Assembly (NCBI RefSeq): GCF_009834535.1
Contig: NC_045697.1
Coordinates: 12,526,001-12,590,000, forward strand
DNA: 64,000 nt
DNA from: Camelus ferus
Taxonomy: Eukaryota
Direction of reading: 5' to 3'
Shown here in pieces: positions 1 through 12,500 of the stretch. Position 1 is the stretch's first letter; the number at the start of each line of letters is the position of its first letter. The translations under genes were made by a program, and so were the position numbers. The notes below the pieces were generated by a model. It did not search any database and had not been told where the DNA came from. It was given only the letters and a program-made list of their open reading frames with translations.

Positions 1-219
1 CATTGTAGGCAGATATACTCAAAAGGGAACATGCGTTTATCCTGAACTTTCCATCCCTTTCACTGGAGAAGATAGCCAGGAGGCTATCAGCAGTTCCTTA
101 GAAACAAGTGCTAACAGAGCAGGACCAATTACCTCTTTCCTTGATCAAAGGTCAAAGGGCAGGTGTGATATCTATGATTCAGACTTTTAATTCCTCTCCA
201 CACTGTTGGCAAATGTGGT

Positions 220-372
220 TTATTTATTATTCTTTTGTTATAAACAGCTTTATGAGATGTAAATAATATACAAAAAATCTGTCCATGTTTAATGTCTGCA
301 ATTTGATGAGTCTGAACGTATGCAGGCCCTCTTAGGACTATCACCACAGTCAGGTCAATACAACACACAGCC
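220..372 (-). mobile_element. Old L1 (L1MA/L1MB-like) 3' UTR fragment
   Basis: T-rich start followed by 'cagctttatgagatgtaaat...aatttgatgagt...tcaccacagtcaggtcaata', typical of an antisense L1M 3' end. Confidence 0.65.
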
Positions 373-449
373 AGGATGGTTTAGACTGTGGAAGAAGGAC
401 ATTTGCTGAAATTGACACCAGCCCTCAGCAGATGTCATCCCTGTTTATC

Positions 450-720
450 AATTCCTCCACTCATTCAAACACGTAAACAGACCTTGATCACTAGCTTTCA
501 GCGAGGCACTGTGCTACACACAGAAATGAGCTGGACATGTGCCTCGTTCTCACGGAGCTGAGAGTTTAGCAGAAAAGTGAAGCCGTTTGCTTACATAGCC
601 CTCAGATAAAGTATGATGTGGCCAGTAGAGAGGCATAAACACACTTTCCCAGAGTTGCCTAAGGAGGAAGGCCATTGTGAGCTGTGGGAATCATGGACTA
701 GAAGGCCGAGGCAGGCTTGA
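450..720 (-). mobile_element. L2 LINE 3' fragment
   Basis: 'tcattcaaac...aggcactgtgcta...ctcacggagctgagagtttag', the usual antisense L2 tail pattern. Confidence 0.6.
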
Positions 721-859
721 GAATGTCAAAACTTCTCAGCTTGGCTGGGGTTTAAGGTGCTTTAATAATATTGCCAACGACCAATTACTGGACATTCAGT
801 ATGTCTCAGACAACAGGCTATACCCGTCTGGCAACTGAATAGAATAGAGTATGTAATAA

Positions 860-1477
860 TCTCATCTCAACTCTATTATGTCCTAAATTCGGGATCTAGC
901 ACATCATGTAGTTTCTCTGAACCTCAAAACAAAGAGTTGGGACTAGACACAGTCCTTGTATTTCCTTGTAGCTCAAATATTTTTATGCTTTAGGCATACT
1001 GGTTAGCCCCTTGGAGTTTGGGGTCACTTGAGAAGTTTCTGGTAGCCTGGAGAGAATGCTGCATTCAGTTGTAAGCTCTAAATTTTATTTCCTCTCCAGC
1101 TTCTTAGTAACTATGTGACCCTTTGGAAATTTACATAACCTCTCAGAGCCGTGGCTTCCTCTTCTGTAAAATGGATCTTAAATATCACGCATAAAAGTGC
1201 TTCACTAGGCATAAAGAACTAAATAAATATAAACTACTTATTGCCATCTAGGCCGAATTGCAATCCAGTTCAATCACTACAACCTAACAGTCTTCCTGAT
1301 GCTCTTGAAATCCGAATCAATAATAAACCAGCCACTGACAGAGTGTAAGCTGGACACACCTGCCTGGTGTTCCAAGGAATCTAAACGCTGAATAAGCCAC
1401 TGTCATGGACTGAATGTTCATGTCTCCCAAAATTCCTATGTTGCAGTCCTAACCCCCAGAGCCAAGGCATTAAGAGG
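860..1477 (+). repeat. Left arm of a 618-bp near-perfect inverted repeat
   Basis: Compared base by base: 860-1477 is the reverse complement of 1923-2540 (paired coordinates sum to 3400), no indels, mismatches only at 1362/2038, 1465/1935 and 1468/1932. Confidence 0.97.
1085..1240 (+). mobile_element. MIR fragment (duplicated in inverted orientation at ~2160-2315)
   Basis: MIR core 'ctatgtgaccc...taacctctcagagcc..gcttcctcttctgtaaaatgg'. Confidence 0.75.
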
Positions 1478-1757
1478 TGAGGTCTTTGAGAGGTAATTAG
1501 GGTTAGCTGAGGTCAAGTGGGTAGGGCCTTAAGATGGGATTAGTGCCCTTCTAGAAGGGAAAGACACCAGAGTTTCCTGTCTCCTCCACGTGAGGACACA
1601 GTGAGAAGGTGGAATCTGCAAGCCCAGAAAAGGGCTTTCGCCAAGAACCAAATCACCGGCCCGCTAGCCCTGGAATTCCCAGCCTCCAGGACGGAGAGCA
1701 ATAATGTGTGTTATTTAAGTCATCCATTTTTGCTGCAGCAGCCTGAGCAGACTGCCA
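1401..1757 (+). mobile_element. MLT1A-type MaLR solo LTR with 5-bp target-site duplication GCCAC
   Basis: Starts tgtcatggactgaatgtt, contains 'ggtaattagggttag.tgaggtca' and 'ccagcctccag', ends ...ca; GCCAC at 1396-1400 and 1758-1762. Confidence 0.9.
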
Positions 1758-1922
1758 GCCACTGTGGCGGCCAGTACAGACACCCCTTCTCAAACACAGA
1801 CTGTCAACTATAGAAATGTTTTGTTTACCAGGAGTTTCAACTCAACTCTTTTATTTAAGTTTCTACCCCCTTCTTTACTCACCTTTTATTTGGTAAGATA
1901 CAAGCCTCCTTATCATTTTTGT

Positions 1923-2540
1923 CCTCTTAATACCGTGGCTCTGGGGGTTAGGACTGCAACATAGGAATTTTGGGAGACATGAACATTCAGTCCATGACAG
2001 TGGCTTATTCAGCGTTTAGATTCCTTGGAACACCAGGGAGGTGTGTCCAGCTTACACTCTGTCAGTGGCTGGTTTATTATTGATTCGGATTTCAAGAGCA
2101 TCAGGAAGACTGTTAGGTTGTAGTGATTGAACTGGATTGCAATTCGGCCTAGATGGCAATAAGTAGTTTATATTTATTTAGTTCTTTATGCCTAGTGAAG
2201 CACTTTTATGCGTGATATTTAAGATCCATTTTACAGAAGAGGAAGCCACGGCTCTGAGAGGTTATGTAAATTTCCAAAGGGTCACATAGTTACTAAGAAG
2301 CTGGAGAGGAAATAAAATTTAGAGCTTACAACTGAATGCAGCATTCTCTCCAGGCTACCAGAAACTTCTCAAGTGACCCCAAACTCCAAGGGGCTAACCA
2401 GTATGCCTAAAGCATAAAAATATTTGAGCTACAAGGAAATACAAGGACTGTGTCTAGTCCCAACTCTTTGTTTTGAGGTTCAGAGAAACTACATGATGTG
2501 CTAGATCCCGAATTTAGGACATAATAGAGTTGAGATGAGA
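1923..2540 (-). repeat. Right arm of the 618-bp inverted repeat
   Basis: Reverse complement of 860-1477; carries an inverted copy of the first 77 bp of the MLT1A LTR and of a MIR fragment. Confidence 0.97.
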
Positions 2541-3439
2541 ATTTTTCTTTTTCAGTTGCTGATCCAAGATCCCCTTGACCTTAGAATATGTTTACCAATT
2601 TTCACTCTACCAAGCACCTTCCCTTAAATTACTACCTGTACTTATCAGAACAGTTTTGTAAAACCAGAAAGGTGTCAGCCCATTTTACTGATGAGAAAAC
2701 AGAGGCTTTGAAAGAATAGGAAACTTGTCCCGTAATATCTAGCTGGTAAGAGGTGACCTAGGTATCATGAACCTCCTTTTAATAATGGGTTAATTAATTT
2801 CCGATAAATTCTGCATTGTGTCCATGAAGTCGGGCATGAAGCCAGACCTTATGATTGCAAATCGAGTGCATTTGTGCCCTTTCTGCCCTGTGCCCCTCTT
2901 TTTCCCTGAGGCAGAGAAAGGGTGTCCCCTCCAGTTTTTTCCTGTCATTGTCTGAGTCTGATTGCATCCCTGGAGTTGCCATGGCAGCTGTGGCTGCAAG
3001 CCTGCTGTCCTCACCCTCAGACACCTGTTAACCTTCTGACCTTCCCCACAGATTTGCTCCATGGATCGCCTTCTGTCCAGACAGTCCATTTATAGAAGGA
3101 GGACATCTCCTTATTGTTTGCGTCATGAACTGCTGGCTATGTCCCATCTTCCCTCACTTCTCATCTGTCATGCGGGCTTGTGTCAGAAGTAGGGTCAATT
3201 AACTTCCTACAGAGATGTTAACTTAGCAGACACAACTTGATTGATTTGTTTTAATGTGACCCATTTTTGCAATGAACATCCCAGGTAGGAGGGATAGCCA
3301 AGCCCGGGAACTGGGGTGAATGTCAAGATTGATTGCTCTTTTATTTTAGAAGAAACACAAAGTAAATAGTAGATAAGGGCAGACAGCAGATTTGTCTGAT
3401 AGATTGGTGTCATCAAAAGCTTGAATGGATTGCTTCCTT

Positions 3440-4110
3440 TTTATAGTATTCCTGCTTTACAACATCAACCTCCACTTCTCCATGTCATCATCTTTCTCTT
3501 TAACAGCACCTGCTATATCTCAGGTACTGTTTCCACTATTCATCTAAGAGCTCAATCCAGAAACCAGTAATTATTCTTACTCTCACCTAGTCTAAATGGT
3601 CACAGCATTATGCTGGTTCTGCCTCTGAAATATTCTCAACCCCATCCTTTCTGCTACTTCCTAACCCACTGGCACCTGAGTACCCCTCCCAGTCTTATGT
3701 CTGTTCATTTCCATCTTTGAACTGATGCCAAACTCCTGCTTTCCCAGAATTTACTATAATGTTTCACATAGTTTTATCTTTTACATGCTCCCTTTGTCTG
3801 AAAGAATCTTTCCTTTTTTTATTGTTTCATGGACAACTCTTATTCATCTTTAAGAACCAGTTCAAATATTACAGCTTTAGATCAGTCTTCCTTTAGCCTT
3901 AGGTTGAATTGAATGGCACCACTGTACCTTATACTGGCCCTCTGTTATAGCAACTGTTCCACTGACGGACAATTATTTATTCACATGTTTGTTTCCCTTA
4001 CTAGGTTTGAACTCTTCAGGAAGAGGAACCACATCCTATAGATCATTGTATCCCTATCACATTGCAAGGTGGTGGTGCATGGTAAGTTCTTACTAAACGT
4101 TTTGGAATTA
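3440..4110 (+). mobile_element. L2 LINE 3' fragment
   Basis: 'ctcttattcatctttaagaaccagttcaaatatt...tttgtttcccttactaggtttgaactcttcagg...taaacgttt'. Confidence 0.65.
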
Positions 4111-4199
4111 TATGCAATGATTGCCCCCAGATCCCACTGCCAGCAGAGACATAATAAGAGTTCTTTAGATGCAGAGCAGTTACTCCCTCCTGCCATGAA

Positions 4200-4700
4200 A
4201 TTTTATACCTCTGATCTTTTGCACGGACTTCCTCTGCTTAAGTGACCTTATGACATTGTCACCTAAAACACCTGATGTACTCCTTAACTCAGCTCAAACA
4301 TCTCTGCCTTCTTAAAGCTTTTCCTTACTTCCCACGGTGCAGTTACTCTTTCCTCAGAATTCTCACAGTTTGAACTATATTTCTGTCATTCTTTCTTTCA
4401 TTGTAGTCAGTTGAATATTTTTTTAAATAAGCCTTTGAAAAAAATATTAGTAATCATGCAAATATTCATTCCTTCCACCCCATAAAATTAGCTGTGGCTT
4501 CTTTTGAATTTACAAAACATCTGCTTCTAATTCTGGTGCAGCATTTGTCTTAGCATTGTAATAGCCATTTATTTACATATCTGTAAGATTTTACGCTCCT
4601 TGAGGGAGGAATTGTGCTTTATTCATCTTGCTTTCCCTATTGCCCTGCAGAGAACCTGGCGCCTGGTGGGGCCTAACTTATTTGCCAAACTGAATTGGAA
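4200..4700 (+). mobile_element. L2 LINE 3' fragments
   Basis: 'ctccttaactcagctcaaacatc' and 'gctccttgagggaggaattgtgctttattcatctt'. Confidence 0.55.
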
Positions 4701-5204
4701 AGAACCAAAATACACATTTTTGATGATTTTATTTTATTTTATTCCTTGATTTTTCCAAAATAGCCACTGGGAGAAAGTAAAACAAAACAAAACAAAATAC
4801 TATTGGTTGTGATTACATGACAACCAAAACATTTTTGAAAGAAAAACAAAGAGCCTGTATTAGTGATGTTTGTCACCAGAATGTCCCCAAAGCTCTAGTA
4901 AATACATCTCCTTGTAATATGACTCCTAGGCTGGTTACATTTACCCGGTGGTGGGATGTCACAGATAGACATTGCTTATACTTTCCTTGTAAAGTGACTT
5001 GATGGCTAGGAACCCCTGGTATTTATTCAAATATTCATGCTGATTCCCTAGCCTGCAGAATTCCCCGCAGGTGATTTTAGTGATTTGTTAAATCAGAACT
5101 ACGCTGTATCCTTTTTCACTTCAGGATAATCCAAAACACTTCACTAGTCTGTCAAGAACCACATAAGTTAAGGACATAAAGCTTAATTGTAGCAGACTAT
5201 TATC

Positions 5205-5440
5205 ACAAAGAGACAGTTTAGCATCGCAGTTAAGAGCATGGGCCCTGGAAGTAGACTCTGTATTCAAATCTCAGCGTTGCTGCTTTTTAACAGAGTAGGC
5301 TTTGCAAGTCACTTAACCACTTTTTCTCATCTGCAAAACTGGGCTGAATTTAGTGGTCTGGCATGAAGCTTAAATGAGTTAACTTTTGAAAAGTTCTTTG
5401 AACAGTGCATTGCACACACTGAGTGCGATGTAAGGATCTA
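5205..5440 (+). mobile_element. MIR SINE
   Basis: 'gttaagagcatgggccctgga...ttcaaatctcagc...gcaagtcacttaacc...tctcatctgcaaaa'. Confidence 0.75.
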
Positions 5441-6176
5441 TTAGATAATTTCCTGCCTCTGAGGGGTTTTTGGCCTAGTTTTTCTGCCCACAATGTGCTT
5501 TTTCATCCTCATTCTTTAATTAAGAGCTTATTTCTAATTCATTTATATTTTAACCTTGAAGACGTCGATGACCAAGCCTGCCCACAGTCACGTGTCCGCA
5601 CTTGAACTGTACTCTAAGTCCATGGTAAACTCCATGAGACTCTTCATCCCATAACTATCTGTTGAGTGCTACATGAGTCAAGGCGTACCATTGGGTGCTT
5701 AGTGATGTGTCAGGTAAAACACATGGAACTCGAACTTTAAATCTTGTGTGCAAAGATGTACTGTAGGCAATTAGTTCAAACACAAGACAGAACTTGAAAA
5801 ATGCCACAAGAAAGGTTCAAAGCAAATGCTATATGTGCAGGTGTACACTTATTTCTCCCCTACCCACAAAGTGTCTGGTAGGCAGTGGGAACTCAGAAAT
5901 ACTGTAGGTAAACCCAGTGAGTTTACTTTGGATTAAAAAGGGAGTTTTATTCAATAGTTTCCTGTGAACTTTGTCCAAAGCAGTAAAGAGCTAAAATAAC
6001 CATGAATATCAAAGGTTTGCAAAGGCCCCAGTGACCTAGTGTAGAAAGTAGAGCCATTGTCTGAATGAGGGGAAGGGACTATGTTGAGATTGAGAGTGTG
6101 TGTTGTGTCCTTTGATGGTCTGAGTTGCCCTCCACAGAGTGGGTGATGTTCCGTTTAGTTGCACGTTTACAGTATA

Positions 6177-6508
6177 CAGTCAGCTCTGTATCCATGAATT
6201 CAACCAACTACAGATTGAAAATATTTTTTAAAAATCCAGAAAATTCCAAAGAGCAAAACTTGAATTTGCTGTGCACTGGCAACTATTTACATATCATTTA
6301 TATTGTATTTACAAATATTTGTGTATCATTTACATTGTATTAGATATTATAAGTAGTCTAGAGATGATTTAAAGTATACAGGATGATATGTATAGGTTAT
6401 ATGCAAATATTATGCCACTTTTTAAATAAGGGACTTGAGCATCCACAGATTTTGGTGTCTGTTAGGGGGTCCTAGAACCAATCTCCCATGGATACCAAGG
6501 GACAGCTT
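6177..6508. mobile_element. MER2-type Tigger non-autonomous DNA transposon
   Basis: 'ta|cagtcagctctgtatccatg...gatttaaagtataca...gggacttgagcatccacagattttggt...ggataccaagggacagct'. Confidence 0.85.
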
Positions 6509-6509
6509 C

Positions 6510-6828
6510 AACCTACACTGTCCATTAAAGTAGCCACTAATAACAGTGGCTAGTGAGCACTTGAACTGTGGCCATTTTGAGTTTATATGTCTGTTAAGTA
6601 TAAAGGACACCCTGGATTTCAAAGACTTAGCCTGTAAAAAGAAGGCGGAATATCTTACTAACATTTTTATATTGATTGCATGTTAAAATGATAACATTGC
6701 AGATACAGTGGATTAGTAGAACATTATTAGAATAAATTTTGATTTTTTTTAATCTTTTTCAGTTGGCTACTAGGGAATTTAAAATTGCTTGTGTGGCTCA
6801 CATTATATTTCTGTTGGACAGTACTCCC
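6510..6828. mobile_element. MER33-type hAT-Charlie DNA transposon relic
   Basis: 'cactgtcca...gagcacttgaactgtggc...ggatttcaaagacttag...gtggctcacattatatttctgttggacagtact'. Confidence 0.8.
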
Positions 6829-7374
6829 TTAGAATATGATTTCCAAAGGCCACACACATTTACTGAACACATGTAACATGCTGGGCTCTACGCAAGTTGC
6901 TGATGATCAAAAGATAAATGAGATGAAGCTCACAGTCTAGAGAGAGAATAAGCACCTATCTGATACAGAGTAATGAGTGTTGTACTTGGGCAGCTGTATT
7001 ATGTGGAAAAAAGATAATAGATTTGGGTCATATTGGGTTGAATTTGAATTACACTTCTTCCATCAGCTGGTTGAGTAAGTTCATTTGCATCTCTGAGTCT
7101 CGATCTCCTTATCTGTATAGTGGTAATCCTTATATTTACCTTATTTATTTGTGTAGTATTTGCATAGCTCATAGTAGGTGTTTAATACAATGAGAGTTAA
7201 TGTCATTCCATTTTATGATCAAAGTTCTAAGATGCTATGGGAGAAAATGAAGTGTCTATTATGTCCAGTGGTGATAAAGTAGGTGAGGTGAAGTTTGTGG
7301 AAAAATGTCATTTGATGAGGGTCATTAAGATCACTAAGAATGTGCCCATAGAAGAAAGGTGCCAAGAGTCAGTG

Positions 7375-7640
7375 ATAATAATAAAACCTAATACTTAACA
7401 TGCTGCTTATTGTGTACCAACTGCTGTTCTAAGCATTGCACTTGTGATACCCCATTTAAGCCTTTCAGAAATGCTATGTGTAGGCACTTGAATTATATTC
7501 ACCTTTTACAGATGCAAAAAATGGGCACAAAGAAGTTAAGTAGCTTCTCCAATGCCACACACCTAAGAAGAGGCACTGAAGAGATTGGGCCCAGGTCCTT
7601 AGGCTCCAGAGTCCATGCTTGTGAGCACTCTGCTCTGCTT
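7375..7640 (-). mobile_element. MIR SINE
   Basis: 'gttctaagcattgc...ccatttaagcct...ttttacagatgcaaaaa...ggctccagagtccatgctt'. Confidence 0.7.
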
Positions 7641-7659
7641 GCAAAAGAGAAACTGCCAA

Positions 7660-8100
7660 GAGCAGGGCCATGGGGGAGCCTGATGGACCTTCTACCATGG
7701 CTGGAATGTAGCATGTGGGAGGGTGGAGGCTGGAAGTGTGAGGGTGGCAATTGCCTAGTGGTGAGATTGAAGATATTAGTGAGGGTTTAGGAGTGATGGA
7801 CTTTGATTGCCTTGCTAAGGAACCTGGATTTTATTCTATAAACAGTGGGGAGCCATGGGGACTTCTAAGTTGGAAGTGATATATATGATCAGAATTTTAT
7901 TTTGAGAAGAGAATTCTAGTAGCATGGTAGGGTGTGCACAGGAGCAGATAGAGGCCAGAAGCAAGGAAGCTACTTTGGAGTGTATAAGAGTACTGTACCA
8001 GTCCAAGCAAGGCATGTTGATGACTGGAGCTAGGGTAGTGACAGCAGGGATACACCCAAGAGGTAGAGCCCATGGACTTGGTAGTGAGAATCACATTGTG
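7660..8100 (-). mobile_element. L2 LINE fragment
   Basis: 'ctaaggaacctggattttattct...gtggggagccat...atgatcagaattttattttgagaag'. Confidence 0.65.
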
Positions 8101-9099
8101 TAGTTCATTATAATATTTTATTAGTTCCTTCATCCCAGTTGTCCATTCTTGTTTTTAGCTGACATATGATTCTTGGTTTAAGATTGAATTTTTTCTTTTT
8201 TTAACTTTCTGTCTCTGAAATGGTCTTCACACTGTTATTTATATTGTAGAGATTATAACACATGATAATTATTATGCTTTAGGTTACAGGTCCATGTGAA
8301 ATGCAGTGTGATTATTGTTCATCTGTATTTTTCCCTTAATGCTTAATGGTATATTTTTACTGGGCACCAATAATCATCTAATTGCTGTGCAGTTATTGAA
8401 ATCAGATACAATGTTTTGTTAAAGATTACCCTAATTATGAGGCAAGTTTACTAGATACATTCTCTCTTTGCCTAGTTTTAGGCCTGTAAAATTTTTAAAA
8501 AGTAAAAGGTTGAATAGGCATTGAAATCTCAATACTCTCTCATTTAGCGCCCCTCTCATTTGACTGTTAGGGTAACCTTTGTACACAAATGGGCTGACTC
8601 TGATCACATTCACTGCTTTTATGAGACCTGGCAGCACAAGAACCTGTAATGATGCACTGAGGCATTCTGGGAAAACTATTGTTGCCTAAAATGAGGACTG
8701 TCTGATAGGACATATGACATTTGTGCTTTTGTTTCTAGCTAGATTTTCAGCCATTAAATTATTTTATCTCCTTCATTCATTATTTCTATGTTCTTGTTCA
8801 AATGTACATACACCCCATGGGTTTCTTAATGTTTTTTAAAAATAATTCTACTTAGAGTTTTGCTAATGTTTCTGAAATGGTAACAGCAGTTTAACCTACC
8901 ATTTATTGAGCAAAAATTTGAATGTAATTTCATCAGTGGAAAATGTAACAATCCAAAAGAATGAATATGAAAATAGTCAAAGAATGATAATACAGTTTCT
9001 GTGGATGGGCTAAGGTGTATTCCAAATCAATGTTGTACCCTTTACCCATTCCCGTTCACTCATGAGGTCCCGATCATATGGAAGGCATGCATTTTAAAC

Positions 9100-9290
9100 T
9101 CACAGATCACTCACAGCTGAAAGGAAAAGGAAATATGTGGACTATCAGACTAAGGATCCCAAAAGATTTGATTAGCCGAGGCAATGGGTTCAAACCAAGA
9201 TGTCATTTTAAAATGCCTTTACTTAGTTCCAAAAAACCAACCACACAAGTACACATTTGGAAAGAAGAGGCTTAGAGGCCATATGCAACA
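9100..9290 (+). mobile_element. CR1/L3 LINE fragment
   Basis: 'aggatcccaaaagattt...caaaccaagatg...ttccaaaaaaccaaccacacaagtaca' resembles the L3 ORF2 3' region. Confidence 0.5.
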
Positions 9291-9589
9291 GAAATACACA
9301 AATCCAAACCATACACTTATAGTAGAGATGGCAACTTCAGACTAGTACTTTTAAAAATTGGTTGGTAAGGAAGGAGAAAAAATGGGGTGACAGCTCAAGA
9401 GAAGACTATTCTCTTATCTTCCACACCTTCCCTAAAAGAGTAGAGTTGTAGCATTAGGCTGAGGGGAGAGAGCAGTTGGATAGTGTAAGATCTAAGATGC
9501 TGGAAAAAGAAGAAAACCTGATTACCCTCTTCCATAGGGTGGGAGTGAGGTCAACTGGGGATGAAAGAGAGTGAGATTAAGACTATGTT

Positions 9590-12500
9590 GGGGAGATCGA
9601 TCAAGATGGAGGAGTAGAAGGATGTGAGCTCACCTCCCCACATGAACACATCAAAAATACATCTACATGTGGAACAATTCTCACTGAAAACTAGAAACTG
9701 GCAGGACTCTTGTATCACCAAGGCTGTAAGAAAGATCCACACAATCAGGTAGGAAGTGAAGAAAGATATCAGGTTGGGACCTGTGTCCCTGGAAGGGGAC
9801 TTGGAGGAAAAGAGAGAATGTACAGGCAAAGACCTGCCCTGGGGAGCAAGTGGTGAGAGACACAGATTGGGCACCACTATCCTGGTCTTCTGGGCAGGGG
9901 AGATGAGTCCCCTTGGCTGATTGGAGGACCACTAGAACTAACAGGAGGGCTCTGGGAAGCCTGGGCTCTGCTTGTGAGGAGCATGCATGCATTGGTTTGC
10001 CCCTTAGGTAGGGGTAGAGAGGGCAGAGAAAAGACTGCTCTAGTGGCTGTTGGCTTCTGGGTTTCCCATAACCACCGTGGGGTGCACCCCAACCCAAGCC
10101 GACTGAAATGTTCTGGTCCCATTCACTCTGTGTCATAGCTCAGCACCGAATCTGGGGCAGCCATGATGAGGGAGATGGCTTGGCCATGGGATACAGAGGC
10201 AGTCTGGTCCTGGGGCAGAGCCTGGATGGGGATGCAGCAGCCACTGTTGGCACTTACTCAACCAGTGCATCAGAAGCCACCCAGATCTCTGACAGTGGCT
10301 GCTCTACCATAGTTCACTTCCTAATGCATGTTGAGAGTCCACATGGGCTCCTACTGCCTTGCATTATGGCTTGAAACAGCGTGTGGGCAGAGGAGGCTGG
10401 GGGCAGTGATTGGCTGTGAGGTACAAAGACGACTTGCACCTGAGGCTGCACCTGAGCAGAAAGAGGGAAACAATTATGGGCATCTGCACAGGCAGCACAT
10501 CAGAGACGACTCAGAACTCTGTCGCTGACACAGGCGGAGAGCCCACCTGGGCTTCCCCGCTTACTGCAGCACTCCCTGACTCTATTGCAAGGGCCCTTGT
10601 GCTGGGAGAGGGGAAAATATACACTTAAAAGGAACAAAGCCAGCTCAGGACTGACCCTCATGGCTTCTGCGCCAGCAACTCAGGATAAGCTCCACCCTTG
10701 ATAAGGTGGTGACAGCCACTGAGTAGAGGCAAAGCCCTACCTCACACCCACTCCAACGCTAGCCTCTCCATCTCCAGCTTCACCCCCTACTAAGAAGATA
10801 GCTGCCAGAACACCCTGAGGAAAGGTGTGACTTGCATCCATGTCAAATCCAACTCTCCCACCAAAAGCACTGGGCACATTCAGTCTGTGTAAGGACATCC
10901 CACATAATAACACCACACCCTTTCAACACTGTAATAGATAACTTTTACCTACTTTCATAGAAGCAGAGAAAGTTAAGCAAAATGAAATAGCAGAGGAACT
11001 GCTCTCATTGAAAGAGCAAGAGAAAACCCCTAAAAAATAAATAATATAACAGAAATAAACAATCTACCAGATAAAGAATTGATAATAAATTCATTAACTT
11101 AATTAGGGTAAAGAATAGATGGACACAGTGAAATATTTAACTAGGAATTAGAATATATAAGAAAGACCCAATCATAAATGAATAATTCAATAACTGAAAT
11201 AAAAAAACACACTAGAAGGAATGAATAGCAGACTAAGTGATACAGAAGAACACATAAGTGATCTGGAAGATAGAATAATGGAAATCACCCAATAAGAACA
11301 AGAAGAAGAAAAACAAATTAAAGAAATGGGAACAGTTTAAGAGATCTCTAGAATAACACAAAGCATACCAACATTATAAGGGGCCCAGGAGAAGACAGAG
11401 AAAAGAGTATTGAAAATGTATTTGAGGAAATTAGGCCTGAAAAAATCCTCAAACCTGAAGAAGGAAACAGATATTCAGATGCAGGAAGCGTAGAGGGTCC
11501 CAAACAAGATGAACTTAAACAGGCCTACACCAAGACATATCATAATTAAAATGGCAAAAGTTAGAGATAAAAAGAGAATTCTAAAGGCAGCAAAAGAAAA
11601 AGAGTCATATACAAGGGAATATCCATAAGGCTATCAGCTGATTTCTCTATGGAAACTTTTCAGATCAGAAGAGAGTGGCATGATATATTCAAAGAGCCAA
11701 AAGGAAAAACTTGCAACCTAAGATACTCTATCCAGCAGATTATCACTTAGAATCAAAAGAGAGAAAAAGAAAAAGAACTTCTCAGACAAGCAAATACTAA
11801 AAGAGTTTATCAATACTAAACCTACCCTAAAAGAAATGTTAAAGACTCATCTCTAAGTGGAAAAGAAGTAAAAATCTTTAGAAAAGGAAAAATCTCACTA
11901 GGAAAGGCAAATATATAGTAAGGACTGAGAATCAATCACTTAAATAAGCCAATACGAAAATTAAAAGACAAAAATTGTTAAAGCAGTAATAGCTACAACA
12001 AACAGTTAAGGGGTAAACATAAAGATGTACAATATGACATGAAAAACACAAAATGTGAAGGAGAGGAGTAAAAAAATGTAGATCTTTTGGAATATGTTTG
12101 AACTTAAATGACTACCAGTTTAAAACAAGTAGATATAGTTATAGGTCAACATATGTAAATCCCATGATAACCACAAATCAGAAACCTACAACAGATGCAC
12201 AAACGCTAAAAAGAAAGAAACATAAGCATGGTACTAAAGAAAGTCATTGAACCACAATGGAAGAAACAAAAAGAAGAAATGAACAGAGAAGAACTACAAA
12301 ACAACCAGAAAACAAGTAATAAAATGGCAATAATTACATGCTATTAATAATTACTTTAAATGTCAATGGAGTAACGCTGACTGGAAAAAACAAAAACAAA
12401 GCCCCAAGACCCTTCAACATGCTATCTACAGGAGACTCACTTCAGAGCAAAAGACACACACAGATTGAAAGTGAGGGCATGGAGAAAGATATTTCATGCA

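Noticed and set aside
860..2540. The large inverted repeat as TIRs of a DNA transposon or foldback element
   Set aside because: The arms consist of MIR/MLT1A relics and cut through an LTR that continues into the spacer; no TSD and no transposase
2790..3089. 99-aa minus-strand ORF
   Set aside because: No recognisable domain or splice structure; consistent with chance
9551..10628. Overlapping ORFs of up to 151 aa
   Set aside because: They fall in the GC-rich L1 5' UTR, where stop codons are scarce; no evidence of coding function
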